A DNA stretch of 62,504 bases, the filler included. It is 20 parts of 20 records of this genome, joined end to end, with 100 filler letters (N's around TTAATTAATTAA, not from the genome) between each part and the next. Parts side by side here need not be neighbours in the genome. Positions count along the whole stretch, not along the records: positions 49,767 to 52,267 come from SRR11831580_5123; positions 52,368 to 54,791 come from SRR11831580_5125; positions 54,892 to 57,901 come from SRR11831580_5153; positions 58,002 to 60,014 come from SRR11831580_5158; positions 60,115 to 62,504 come from SRR11831580_5168; 15 more parts are not named here. One strand, given 5' to 3'. The notes beneath the pieces were generated by a model, which searched no databases, was not told the DNA's origin, and was given only the letters and a program-made list of their open reading frames with translations. Made by a program: the position numbers and the translations under genes. Of the stretch, positions 49,767 to 61,327 are shown piece by piece (the first letter of the stretch is position 1; every line of letters starts with the position of its first letter).

Positions 49767-51380
49767 ATCTTTTTTGTCCTTCGCTTCAAATACCAGCGCG
49801 TTACTCTTCTCATTGAGCGTTTTCAGCACCGGTTGCAGTTCTCGCAACACCTGATCAAGGCGCTGCATATCCGCCACCATCTTGTTGTAGGCTGCGGAGC
49901 CAGGCTGGAAGCCCTGCATGCTGCGATTCAATTCACGCAACGTTGACTGCATATCCGTCGGCAACTGCTGCATCGACTGGCTAGCGAGGATCTTGTTCAT
50001 GCTATCCAGCGTCGTTTGCAGGTTTTTCATTGTGCGCTGACTTTCAGAAAGCGTACTGGTTGCCTGTTCAATCATCGGATTCAATGGCAGTTTGTTGATC
50101 TTATCCAACGCTTCCATCAGTCGTTGCTGGATTTGCGCCAGGCCGCCGCTAACGGTCGGGATAATCTGATAACCATTAAATTCACGAATACCGGTTATTG
50201 CAGGCGTATTTGGATAGAAATCGAGATCAACATACAGTGCACCAGTGACCAGGTTTCCGGTTTTCAGCGATCCGCGTAAACCACGTTTCAACAATTCGCC
50301 AAGGTGCTCAACAACATCCGCATTTTCGCCAAGCTGCATTTTCAGCCGCTCTGGCTCGATACGAATCAGTACCGGAATACGGTAATCATCGTTAAATGTC
50401 TGACGCATATTCGGCGCAAAGAATGGCACTTTGCTTACGGTACCCAGGCGAATACCCCGGAACTCTACCGGAGCTCCCGGTTGCAGACCGCGTACCGAAT
50501 CTTTAAAGAACATCAGATAATCAATGTGATCGGTGTACAACGAATCCTGAATGCTCTTCTGATCATCATACAAAACGAAAGCTGTTTTCGGTGCCACTGG
50601 CTGCCCTAAATCCAGACCTTCCGGCACATCAAAGCTGACACCGCCACTCAGCAGCGTTGTCAATGAGCCCATCTCCACACGCATCCCTGCTGACGTCAGA
50701 TCAACCGCAATGCCACTATCTTTCCAGAAGCGAACATTGTTGGTCACCAGTCGGTCATAAGGTGCATTGATGAACAGTTGATAGCTGATATTGCGTTTTT
50801 GTGTATCGAAGGTGCTGGTTTCAACCGAACCTACCCGATAGCCACGGAACAGCACCGGATCTCCTGGCGAGAGCTGCCCGGCTTTTTTGCTATCGAGAAT
50901 CACACGGATACCTTTCGCATCAGGCGGGGCCAACGGTGGCGAGTCCAGCAAATCGTATTTATCCATTTTGCTGCCTTTCGCGCCTGGCTGCAGTTCGATA
51001 TAAACTCCAGACAGCAGCGTTCCCAGGCCGCTAATCCCTTCGCGACCAATCTGCGGTTTCACCACCCAAAAGACGGTGTCTTTATGCAGCAATTTTTCCA
51101 TACCGGAATTCAGCCGCGCTTTGATTTCAACGTGCGTCAAATCATCAGCCAGTGTGGCGCTTTCAACCACGCCGACGTCAACGCTACGGCTTTTAATGGT
51201 GGTTTTGCCACCTTCAATTCCTTCCGCATTCGCGGTGATCAGGGTCACTTCCGGTCCCTGATGGCTGTAATGATAAAAAAGAACCCAGGCCCCAATGAGC
51301 GCCGTGACGATAGGAAATATCCACACGGGAGACCAGTTCTTCACTTTCTGGATTTTGGCTTCCCCATTATTAGATTCCAT
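49767..51380 (-). CDS. pqiB: MCE-domain intermembrane transport protein, 3' truncated
   Basis: MESNNGEAKIQKVKNWSPVWIFP, three MCE domains and helical tail. Confidence 0.97.
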
Positions 51381-51384
51381 ACTG

Positions 51385-52267
51385 TCAGGACTCCTCATGC
51401 TCTGATTCAGGTTGACGATCCCACGACAAACGCGGGTCAAACGTCATAGCAGAAAACATTGTCATTATGACGACTAAAGCAAACATTAATGCACCCATTG
51501 CCGGATAAATACTCATTAAACCTCCCATACGCACCAGCGCCGAGAGCACCGCGATAACGAAAACGTCAATCATCGACCAGCGGCCTACAAACTCAACAAC
51601 TTCATAAATCAAATGCATTCTTTCACTGTCGCGCTTGCCATGCCCTTTGGCATCCCAACACAGCCACGCGATGGCGATCATCTTTAACGTTGGCACCATA
51701 ATACTGGCCAGAAAGATCACCGCAGCGACGGGATAAGAGCCTTCGCTCCATAACAGAATGACCCCAGCGAGAATCGTCGACGGCATCTTCGAGCCTAATA
51801 AATCCGTCACCATGATGGGCAAAATATTAGCCGGAAGATACAGCATGATGGACGTTACAAGCAGCGCGAGTGTCCACTGCAGGCTGTTTCTACGCCGAAC
51901 GTACCCTTTGGTACTACAACGCGGGCACACGGGTTCATCAGCAGGAAGGATTGCCGTACAACAGGAGCACGAACGCAGCCCCTGACGTATCCCCGTGACG
52001 CCTGGTTTTAGCGGCTGGCGCAGTTCTGGCATCGGGGCGATGTCGTCCCATAACCAGCGACGATCAACGCACTGAAAAGCGCGCAGTTGCAGGACACAAA
52101 ATAAACACCAGGGGAGAAAGCTGCTGCCTACCCCAATGCTGCCGTAAGCCATCAGTTTAACGAAACTGACCAGCACACCCGCGAGGAAAATCTCCGCCAT
52201 TCCCCAGGTTTTGAGTTGAAAAAGCACCCGTGCCAGTTGCTCTTTTAAACGGACCGGTAATTCCGCG
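51385..52267 (-). CDS. pqiA: Inner-membrane protein PqiA, 5' truncated
   Basis: CSCC...CPRC zinc ribbon, GRWSMIDVF; upstream of pqiB. Confidence 0.97.
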
Positions 52268-52367
52268 NNNNNNNNNNNNNNNNNNNNNNNNNNNNNNNNN
52301 NNNNNNNNNNNTTAATTAATTAANNNNNNNNNNNNNNNNNNNNNNNNNNNNNNNNNNNNNNNNNNNN

Positions 52368-52444
52368 TTTCCACCCCGCTTGTTGCCGGGCAACCGAAAC
52401 AGGATGTCACCGACGTGCTGTATACCGCTTTTATTCTGCGATAA
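52368..52444 (+). CDS. fliL: Flagellar protein FliL, 3' end
   Basis: ...QPKQDVTDVLYTAFILR*. Confidence 0.92.
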
Positions 52445-52448
52445 CGAC

Positions 52449-53453
52449 ATGGGCGATAGTATTCTTTCTCAAGCTGAAATTGATGCGCTGTTGAATGGTG
52501 ACAGCGAAGTCAAAGACGAACCGACAGCCAGTGTTAGCGGCGAAAGTGACATTCGTCCGTACGATCCGAATACCCAACGACGGGTTGTGCGCGAACGTTT
52601 GCAGGCGCTGGAAATCATTAATGAGCGCTTTGCCCGCCATTTTCGTATGGGGCTGTTCAACCTGCTGCGTCGTAGCCCGGATATAACCGTCGGGGCCATC
52701 CGCATTCAGCCGTACCATGAATTTGCCCGCAACCTGCCGGTGCCGACCAACCTGAACCTTATCCATCTGAAACCGCTGCGCGGCACTGGGCTGGTGGTGT
52801 TCTCACCGAGTCTGGTGTTTATCGCCGTGGATAACCTGTTTGGCGGCGATGGACGCTTCCCGACCAAAGTGGAAGGTCGCGAGTTTACCCATACCGAACA
52901 GCGCGTCATCAACCGCATGTTGAAACTGGCGCTTGAAGGCTATAGCGACGCCTGGAAGGCGATTAATCCGCTGGAAGTTGAGTACGTGCGTTCGGAAATG
53001 CAGGTGAAATTTACCAATATCACCACCTCGCCGAACGACATTGTGGTTAACACGCCGTTCCATGTGGAGATTGGCAACCTGACCGGCGAATTTAATATCT
53101 GCCTGCCATTCAGCATGATCGAGCCGCTACGGGAATTGTTGGTTAACCCGCCGCTGGAAAACTCGCGTAATGAAGATCAGAACTGGCGCGATAACCTGGT
53201 GCGCCAGGTGCAGCATTCACAGCTGGAGCTGGTCGCCAACTTTGCCGATATCTCGCTACGCCTGTCGCAGATTTTAAAACTGAACCCCGGCGACGTCCTG
53301 CCGATAGAAAAACCCGATCGCATCATCGCCCATGTTGACGGCGTCCCGGTGCTGACCAGTCAGTATGGCACCCTCAACGGTCAGTATGCGTTACGGATAG
53401 AACATTTGATTAACCCGATTTTAAATTCTCTGAACGAGGAACAGCCCAAATGA
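52449..53453 (+). CDS. fliM: Flagellar motor switch protein
   Basis: MGDSILSQAEIDALL, 334 aa. Confidence 0.99.
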   Translation: MGDSILSQAEIDALLNGDSEVKDEPTASVSGESDIRPYDPNTQRRVVRERLQALEIINERFARHFRMGLFNLLRRSPDITVGAIRIQPYHEFARNLPVPTNLNLIHLKPLRGTGLVVFSPSLVFIAVDNLFGGDGRFPTKVEGREFTHTEQRVINRMLKLALEGYSDAWKAINPLEVEYVRSEMQVKFTNITTSPNDIVVNTPFHVEIGNLTGEFNICLPFSMIEPLRELLVNPPLENSRNEDQNWRDNLVRQVQHSQLELVANFADISLRLSQILKLNPGDVLPIEKPDRIIAHVDGVPVLTSQYGTLNGQYALRIEHLINPILNSLNEEQPK

Positions 53454-53863
53454 GTGACATGAATAATCCGGCCGATGACAACAACGGCGCAATGGACGAT
53501 CTGTGGGCTGAAGCGTTGAGCGAACAAAAATCAACCAGCAGCAAAAGCGCTGCCGAGACGGTGTTCCAGCAATTTGGCGGTGGTGATGTCAGCGGAACGT
53601 TGCAGGATATCGACCTGATTATGGATATTCCGGTCAAGCTGACCGTCGAGCTGGGCCGTACGCGGATGACCATCAAAGAGCTGTTGCGTCTGACGCAAGG
53701 GTCCGTCGTGGCGCTGGACGGTCTGGCGGGCGAACCACTGGATATTCTGATCAACGGTTATTTAATCGCCCAGGGCGAAGTGGTGGTCGTTGCCGATAAA
53801 TATGGCGTGCGGATCACCGATATCATTACTCCGTCTGAGCGAATGCGCCGCCTGAGCCGTTAG
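53450..53863 (+). CDS. fliN: Flagellar motor switch protein
   Basis: 137 aa, DIPVKLTVELGR. Confidence 0.99.
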   Translation: MSDMNNPADDNNGAMDDLWAEALSEQKSTSSKSAAETVFQQFGGGDVSGTLQDIDLIMDIPVKLTVELGRTRMTIKELLRLTQGSVVALDGLAGEPLDILINGYLIAQGEVVVVADKYGVRITDIITPSERMRRLSR

Positions 53864-53865
53864 TG

Positions 53866-54231
53866 ATGAATAACCACGCTACTGTGCAATCTTCCGCGCC
53901 GGTTTCTGCTGCGCCACTGCTGCAGGTGAGCGGCGCACTCATCGCCATTATTGCCCTGATCCTCGCTGCTGCCTGGCTGGTAAAACGGTTGGGATTTGCC
54001 CCTAAACGCACTGGCGTTAACGGTCTGAAAATTAGCGCCAGTGCTTCACTGGGCGCGCGTGAAAGGGTTGTGGTGGTCGATGTGGAAGATGCACGGCTGG
54101 TGCTCGGCGTTACCGCAGGTCAAATCAATCTGCTGCATAAACTTCCCCCTTCTGCACCAACGGAAGAGATACCGCAGACCGATTTTCAGTCGGTCATGAA
54201 AAATTTGCTTAAGCGTAGCGGGAGATCCTGA
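53866..54231 (+). CDS. fliO: Flagellar export protein
   Basis: [14 protein letters not shown], single TM helix; synteny. Confidence 0.96.
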   Translation: MNNHATVQSSAPVSAAPLLQVSGALIAIIALILAAAWLVKRLGFAPKRTGVNGLKISASASLGARERVVVVDVEDARLVLGVTAGQINLLHKLPPSAPTEEIPQTDFQSVMKNLLKRSGRS

Positions 54232-54791
54232 TGCGTCGTTTATTGTCTGTCGCACCTGTCCTTCTCTGGCTGATTACGCCCCTCGCCTTCGCGCAACTGC
54301 CGGGTATCACCAGCCAGCCGCTGCCTGGCGGTGGACAAAGCTGGTCGCTCCCGGTGCAGACGCTGGTGTTCATCACCTCGTTGACGTTTATTCCGGCAAT
54401 TTTACTGATGATGACCAGTTTCACCCGCATCATCATTGTTTTTGGTTTATTGCGTAACGCGCTGGGAACACCCTCCGCGCCACCTAACCAGGTATTGCTG
54501 GGGCTGGCACTGTTTTTGACCTTTTTTATTATGTCACCGGTGATCGACAAAATTTATGTAGATGCGTACCAGCCATTCAGCGAAGAGAAAATATCAATGC
54601 AGGAGGCGCTGGAAAAAGGGGCGCAGCCGCTGCGTGAGTTTATGCTGCGTCAGACCCGTGAGGCAGATTTAGGGTTGTTTGCCAGACTGGCGAATACCGG
54701 CCCGTTGCAGGGACCTGAAGCCGTGCCGATGCGCATTTTGCTCCCGGCCTACGTGACCAGCGAGTTGAAAACCGCATTTCAGATAGGCTTC
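54231..54791 (+). CDS. fliP: Flagellar export gate protein, 3' truncated
   Basis: [27 protein letters not shown]. Confidence 0.98.
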
Positions 54792-54891
54792 NNNNNNNNN
54801 NNNNNNNNNNNNNNNNNNNNNNNNNNNNNNNNNNNTTAATTAATTAANNNNNNNNNNNNNNNNNNNNNNNNNNNNNNNNNNNNNNNNNNNN

Positions 54892-55409
54892 CAGCCGCCG
54901 AAGATGATCATCGCTACCACCGCGATAACTTTGATAATGGCAAACCAGAACTCCATCTCGCCAAACACTTTAACGTTGGTCAGGTTGATGGCGTTAATCA
55001 CCACAAAGAATACGGCGGCAGAAACCCAGGTGGGGATTTCCGGATACCAGAACTGAATGTATTTACCCACGGCAGTCAGCTCAGCCATGGCAACTAAAAC
55101 GTACAGTACCCAGTAGTTCCAGCCAGAGGCGAAACCGGCAAAACTGCCCCAGTATTTATAAGCAAAGTGGCTAAAGGAGCCTGCGACAGGTTCTTCGACC
55201 ACCATTTCACCCAGCTGACGCATGATCAGAAAGGCGATAAAACCAGCAATGGCGTAACCCAGGATAATCCCTGGCCCTGCGGACTGTATTACGGAGGCGC
55301 TACCCAGGAATAACCCGGTCCCTATCGCGCCACCCAGCGCGATAAGCTGAATATGGCGGTTTTTAAGGCCGCGCTTTAGCTGCTCGCCGTGCTGTTGACC
55401 TTCCATCAT
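54892..55409 (-). CDS. aroP: Aromatic amino acid permease, 3' truncated
   Basis: LKRGLKNRHIQLIALGGAIGTGLF; divergent from pdhR. Confidence 0.97.
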
Positions 55410-55456
55410 GAAACCTCGTGCGGTGGTTGTTTTTTTGATCTACGCAGTGATGCGTG

Positions 55457-55497
55457 TGTAAGTTTGCAATTCCGTTTGTTGTATTAATTTGTTTACA
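55457..55497. promoter_or_regulatory. Adjacent TyrR boxes of aroP
   Basis: TGTAAG-N6-ATTCCG and TGTATT-N6-TTTACA versus TGTAAA-N6-TTTACA. Confidence 0.7.
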
Positions 55498-55901
55498 TCA
55501 AAGAAGTTTGAATTGTTACAAAAAGACTTCCGTCAGATCAAGAATAATGGTATGCGGCAGCGAATGCACCCGCTTTATGCATGGTTGAAGATGAGTTGCT
55601 TAAAAAGAAACCGTTTGTAAAGCTCAGCCTCAACCCCTCTCAATATGTAGAATGAATTTAAATTCGTTTTAATTGAATTAAAAATCACAAAATTGGTAAG
55701 TGAATCGGTTCAATTCGGATTTTTATAGTTTAATAATCGTTAAAAAACTCCTTTCCTACGTAAAGTCTACATTTGTGCATAGTTACAACTTTGAAACGTT
55801 ATATATGTCAAGTTGTTAAAATGTGCACAGTTTCATGATTTCAATCAAAACCTGTATGGACATAAGGTGAATACTTTGTTACTTTAGCGTCACAGACATG
55901 A

Positions 55902-55918
55902 AATTGGTAAGACCAATT
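55902..55918. promoter_or_regulatory. PdhR operator
   Basis: Perfect palindrome AATTGGT-AAG-ACCAATT. Confidence 0.92.
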
Positions 55919-55949
55919 GACTTCGGCAAGTGGCTTAAGACAGGAACTC

Positions 55950-56714
55950 ATGGCCTACAGCAAAATCCGCCAACCAAAACTCTCCGATGTGATTGAGCAG
56001 CAACTGGAGTTTTTGATCCTCGAAGGCACTCTCCGCCCGGGCGAAAAACTCCCACCGGAACGCGAACTGGCAAAACAGTTTGACGTCTCCCGTCCCTCCT
56101 TGCGTGAGGCGATTCAACGTCTCGAAGCGAAGGGCTTGTTGCTTCGTCGCCAGGGTGGCGGCACTTTTGTCCAGAGCAGCCTATGGCAAAGCTTCAGCGA
56201 TCCGCTGGTGGAGCTGCTCTCCGACCATCCTGAGTCACAGTATGACTTGCTCGAAACACGACACGCCCTGGAAGGTATCGCCGCTTATTACGCCGCGCTG
56301 CGTAGTACCGATGAAGACAAGGAACGCATCCGTGAACTCCACCACGCCATAGAGCTGGCGCAGCAGTCTGGCGATCTGGACGCGGAATCAAACGCCGTAC
56401 TCCAGTATCAGATTGCCGTCACCGAAGCGGCCCACAATGTGGTTCTGCTTCATCTGCTAAGGTGTATGGAGCCGATGTTGGCCCAGAATGTCCGCCAGAA
56501 CTTCGAATTGCTCTATTCGCGTCGCGAGATGCTGCCGCTGGTGAGTAGTCACCGCACCCGCATATTTGAAGCGATTATGGCCGGTAAGCCGGAAGAAGCG
56601 CGCGAAGCATCGCATCGCCATCTGGCCTTTATCGAAGAAATTTTGCTCGACAGAAGTCGTGAAGAGAGCCGCCGTGAGCGTTCTCTGCGTCGTCTGGAGC
56701 AACGAAAGAATTAG
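55950..56714 (+). CDS. pdhR: Pyruvate dehydrogenase complex repressor (GntR family)
   Basis: [13 protein letters not shown], 254 aa. Confidence 0.99.
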
Positions 56715-56873
56715 TGATTTTCTGGTAAAAATTATCCAGAAGATGTTGTAAATCAAGCGCATATAAAAGCGCGGCAACTAAACGTAGAACCTGTCTTATT
56801 GAGCTTTCCGGCGAGAGTTCAATGGGACAGGTTCCAGAAAACTCAACGTTATTAGATAGATAAGGAATAACCC

Positions 56874-57901
56874 ATGTCAGAACGTTTCCCAAATGACGTG
56901 GATCCGATCGAAACTCGCGACTGGCTCCAGGCGATCGAATCGGTCATCCGTGAAGAAGGTGTTGAGCGTGCTCAGTATCTGATCGACCAACTGCTTGCTG
57001 AAGCCCGCAAAGGCGGTGTAAACGTAGCCGCAGGCACAGGTATCAGCAACTACATCAACACCATCCCCGTTGAAGAACAACCGGAGTATCCGGGTAATCT
57101 GGAACTGGAACGCCGTATTCGTTCAGCTATCCGCTGGAACGCCATCATGACGGTGCTGCGTGCGTCGAAAAAAGACCTCGAACTGGGCGGCCATATGGCG
57201 TCCTTCCAGTCTTCCGCAACCATTTATGATGTGTGCTTTAACCACTTCTTCCGTGCACGCAACGAGCAGGATGGCGGCGACCTGGTTTACTTCCAGGGCC
57301 ACATCTCCCCGGGCGTGTACGCTCGTGCTTTCCTGGAAGGTCGTCTGACTCAGGAGCAGCTGGATAACTTCCGTCAGGAAGTTCACGGCAATGGCCTCTC
57401 TTCCTATCCGCACCCGAAACTGATGCCGGAATTCTGGCAGTTCCCGACCGTATCTATGGGTCTGGGTCCGATTGGTGCTATTTACCAGGCTAAATTCCTG
57501 AAATATCTGGAACACCGTGGCCTGAAAGATACCTCTAAACAAACCGTTTACGCGTTCCTCGGTGACGGTGAAATGGACGAACCGGAATCCAAAGGTGCGA
57601 TCACCATCGCTACCCGTGAAAAACTGGATAACCTGGTCTTCGTTATCAACTGTAACCTGCAGCGTCTTGACGGCCCGGTCACCGGTAACGGCAAGATCAT
57701 CAACGAACTGGAAGGCATCTTCGAAGGTGCTGGCTGGAACGTGATCAAAGTGATGTGGGGTAGCCGTTGGGATGAACTGCTGCGTAAGGATACCAGCGGT
57801 AAACTGATCCAGCTGATGAACGAAACCGTTGACGGCGACTACCAGACCTTCAAATCGAAAGATGGTGCGTACGTTCGTGAACACTTCTTCGGTAAATATC
57901 C
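56874..57901 (+). CDS. aceE: Pyruvate dehydrogenase E1, 3' truncated
   Basis: [24 protein letters not shown]...NCN TPP motif. Confidence 0.99.
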
Positions 57902-58036
57902 NNNNNNNNNNNNNNNNNNNNNNNNNNNNNNNNNNNNNNNNNNNNTTAATTAATTAANNNNNNNNNNNNNNNNNNNNNNNNNNNNNNNNNNNNNNNNNNN
58001 NAAACCACAAGCACGTCGGCAACCACACTCACATAC

Positions 58037-59094
58037 CATTGAAGTACTTCTGATCCAGCAGAAGCTCACAGATCGGTCTTTCGAACACACGACGGTCCAG
58101 ATTGTTCAGAATATTGTCCCGGAACAAATCATACTCCTTCGCAGATTCGGTGAGATACAACGGACGCCAAACGCAACACAACCATCAAGAAAAAAGGAAG
58201 GCAAGCGTGCGGATATGTGCATAACATTTTACACCGCACGGACACACATATCGCACAAAACACACCACGCACGTACATCCACAGGATCCGGCCCACGATC
58301 GAGGCCCCACACAGGCCCCTCCACCATATGCCAGCTGCCAAACCGCCTCGTATCTACATAGCTGCATGCACACGCACACACGCAGTTTGAGCAGCCACCA
58401 CGAACAAAAAGAACAGACAAAACAAGTACGGGAGAGGTGATGCGAGAGAGTGGAGTTGGAGTGAGACGAAAAAAGCAGGAGACAGAGGGATACAGAAGCA
58501 ATGAAGAGAGAACCCATTTGAAACCAAAAAGAAGCACACGCACAGAGCACAATCGTACCACAGGATGTGCCCGTCGTTGGTGTGGAACAGACAGTGTGCG
58601 TGTTTGGGGAGATGTTCCGGCTTCACAAAGGACCATTTTCCGCTCTGATATAAACACACCAGCACAACACAAACACACGCACACACGATGCGCACGATGA
58701 TGAGCACCAAGGACAACAGCACCCGAAGAAGTTCTCATTAACAACACACAGTTCGTACACAATGAAGGAAGTTTGATTGATTGACAACATACCATTCCCA
58801 TACGAAACAATACATGTATGGGCTTGACCGCGAAGAAGGGACGCTTCTGATCGACATCGGCAATCTCCTTGATGGTGACAATCAGCTCCTTCCCGCGCGA
58901 AACACTGCTTATTGAGAACTGTTCGAAAGGCTGCTGCGGCAGCGGCGCGCTTTTATGAACTGCTGATTTGGTGATGAGGGTGTAGACACGATTGACCGAA
59001 GCCGCATTGATCAGCATGCTCATTGCGCGAATTTCAGCCCATTCCGGCTACGACGATTGTTACAAAGCGACAATACAACCGGGAATCATACCAT
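58037..59094 (-). CDS. NEIL1: Eukaryotic endonuclease VIII-like 1 DNA glycosylase, 5' part
   Basis: Exons 59094-59092, 59047-58793, 58644-58559, 58361-58277, 58136-58037 give M|PEWAEI...SRGKEL...FRMGM|SG...LPKHAHCLF...C|YVDTRRFG...RGPDPVD|EYDLFRDNILNNLDRRVFERPICELLLDQKYFNG. Confidence 0.92.
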
Positions 59095-59344
59095 GACGAC
59101 AAGAAAATCAACACCACAAGAGAAGATGCAACCAGGCCAGCAGCACGCAAACAAGAATCCCGCTTGTCTGAGACGCTTTTAGCTGCCTATGAACGCGCAG
59201 CTGATGAGTCACATGCTGCCATGCATCACGGAACTTTCCCGAAGCGGGGATCTTTTTTCCAAAAAGCGCGATATCTCCTCTCCTCCCACATGCCAGTTGA
59301 CTGAAACTGAACGCGTCTGAATTCGCGCTTCAGCGGTACGAAGC

Positions 59345-60014
59345 ATGTGTCGCTGGCTTGTGTATAAAGGCGATGTCATTCGCCTGAATCATCTTTTGTT
59401 TGGACCGCAGAATGCTCTCATGCGTCAATCGCAGCATGCTGTGCACGTGCCTGGGTGTTCCACTGACACCCTTCGAAATAGTCCGCTGAACGGCGACGGA
59501 TGTGGTGTCGCATGGTACAATCACAAATTTCAGTGTCATGCGGCTATCTACAAAACGATTCAACCCGTACGTTCTGTTGCTTTCGTTCTCAGTTCTAACT
59601 TATTCTGGTTTGTGCAGGCGTGGAACGATCGAAATTTGCTCGAGATTGCAGATATCGTCGAGACCTCCCTCCTGTTTGCTCACGTGCGCGCCGCCTCGCC
59701 CGGCAGTCTGGTGAGTCGTGAGAACTGTCACCCGTGGAAGTTTGGCCGCTTCAGCTTCATGCACAACGGCGGCATTGCGGGTTTTCAGCGTATCAAGCGC
59801 TCTATCCAGCAACTGCTCCGTGACGACGTGTTCCTCATGCTCGAGGGAACCACGGACTCCGAGCACGCGTTTGCGCTGCTCATGAACCATTTCCCCGACC
59901 GTGATGGTGTGTATCGGCCGGAGGAGCTTGTGGACGCAGTGCAGTCAACCATACGTAAGATTCTGCAGTTGCAACAGGAGGTGGGTGTGACAGCACCGTC
60001 GTCGCTGAATTTTG
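59345..60014 (+). CDS. Eukaryotic class II glutamine amidotransferase (DUG3/EgtC/YafJ-like), 3' truncated
   Basis: Cys2 nucleophile MCRW, NGDGCGVAWY, P|AWNDRNL, FAHVRAAS, NCHP, FMHNGGI, GTTDSE; intron 59567-59617. Confidence 0.92.
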
Positions 60015-60118
60015 NNNNNNNNNNNNNNNNNNNNNNNNNNNNNNNNNNNNNNNNNNNNTTAATTAATTAANNNNNNNNNNNNNNNNNNNNNNNNNNNNNN
60101 NNNNNNNNNNNNNNGACT

Positions 60119-60414
60119 GAAACTGGCATGGCCTGTATGCCATGGCATTTAAGGACTCGTGGAACAAATGGGAACCGATTGCCGGATACGGATGGGAAAG
60201 TACCTGGCGACCGCTGGCGGATGAAAATTTTCATTTAGGTCTGGGATTCACCGCTGGCGTAACGGCACGCGATAACTGGAATTACATCCCTCTCCCGGTT
60301 CTACTGCCATTGGCCTCCGTGGGTTATGGCCCAGTGACTTTTCAGATGACCTACATTCCGGGTACCTACAACAATGGCAATGTGTACTTTGCCTGGATGC
60401 GCTTTCAGTTTTGA
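60119..60414 (+). CDS. pagP: Lipid A palmitoyltransferase, 5' truncated
   Basis: [19 protein letters not shown]...YFAWMRFQF*. Confidence 0.97.
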
Positions 60415-60588
60415 GACAAATGAAGTTTTAGTAACTTCTTTAAAATCAATAGCTAAAATAAGTAACATCAAAAATAACGCGACTTTTATCACTTTTTAGT
60501 AAAGTTACACTGGACAAAGCGTACCACAATTGGTGTACTGGTAACCGACACAGCATTTGTGTCTATTTTTCATGTAAAGGTAATTTTG

Positions 60589-60798
60589 ATGTCTAAGATT
60601 AAAGGTAACGTTAAGTGGTTTAATGAGTCCAAAGGATTCGGTTTCATTACTCCGGAAGACGGCAGCAAAGACGTGTTCGTACACTTCTCTGCAATCCAGA
60701 CTAATGGTTTTAAAACTCTTGCTGAAGGTCAGCGCGTAGAGTTCGAAATCACTAACGGTGCCAAAGGCCCTTCTGCTGCAAACGTAATCGCTCTGTAA
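60589..60798 (+). CDS. cspE: Cold-shock protein CspE
   Basis: [22 protein letters not shown], 69 aa. Confidence 0.99.
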
Positions 60799-60817
60799 GA
60801 TACGTCAGCAAGAATTC

Positions 60818-60846
60818 AAAACCCGCTTAATCAGCGGGTTTTTTTT
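60818..60846. terminator. Bidirectional terminator between cspE and crcB
   Basis: AAAACCCGCT-loop-AGCGGGTTTTTTTT. Confidence 0.88.
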
Positions 60847-60851
60847 GGTCT

Positions 60852-61235
60852 TTAGTGTGCGGTTGAGGCCGAAAACAGCCAGAATGCCAGTGCGGTCATG
60901 GCAAAAGACCCCAGAAGGTTGACGAAAACGTTCAGTAATGCCCAGCCAAAGCGGCCCTCTTGTAACAAAAACACCACTTCTGCCGAAAATGTTGAGAAGG
61001 TTGTTAGACCGCCACAAAATCCGGTGGTGATTAATACTTTCCACACTGGATCAATGTTCGTCATCCTGCTGAACCATGCGAATCCTATTCCTATGATGAA
61101 TGCCCCAATCAGGTTTGCTGTCAGCGTCCCCAACGGAATCGCCTGATGCAGTGGGTTAAATCGCATACTTAACAGCCATCTCGCCACGCTTCCCGTACCA
61201 CCGCCAATAAAAACTGCTAAAAGAAGTTGTAACAC
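60852..61235 (-). CDS. crcB: Fluoride efflux channel
   Basis: 127 aa, [12 protein letters not shown]. Confidence 0.98.
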   Translation of the reverse strand: MLQLLLAVFIGGGTGSVARWLLSMRFNPLHQAIPLGTLTANLIGAFIIGIGFAWFSRMTNIDPVWKVLITTGFCGGLTTFSTFSAEVVFLLQEGRFGWALLNVFVNLLGSFAMTALAFWLFSASTAH

Positions 61236-61327
61236 TGCAAAATCCTGCTATTTGATTTGTATGAGTGATAAGTGTAACGCCGAATAATCGTCGTTGGCGA
61301 ATTTTACGACTCTGACAGGAGGTGGCA

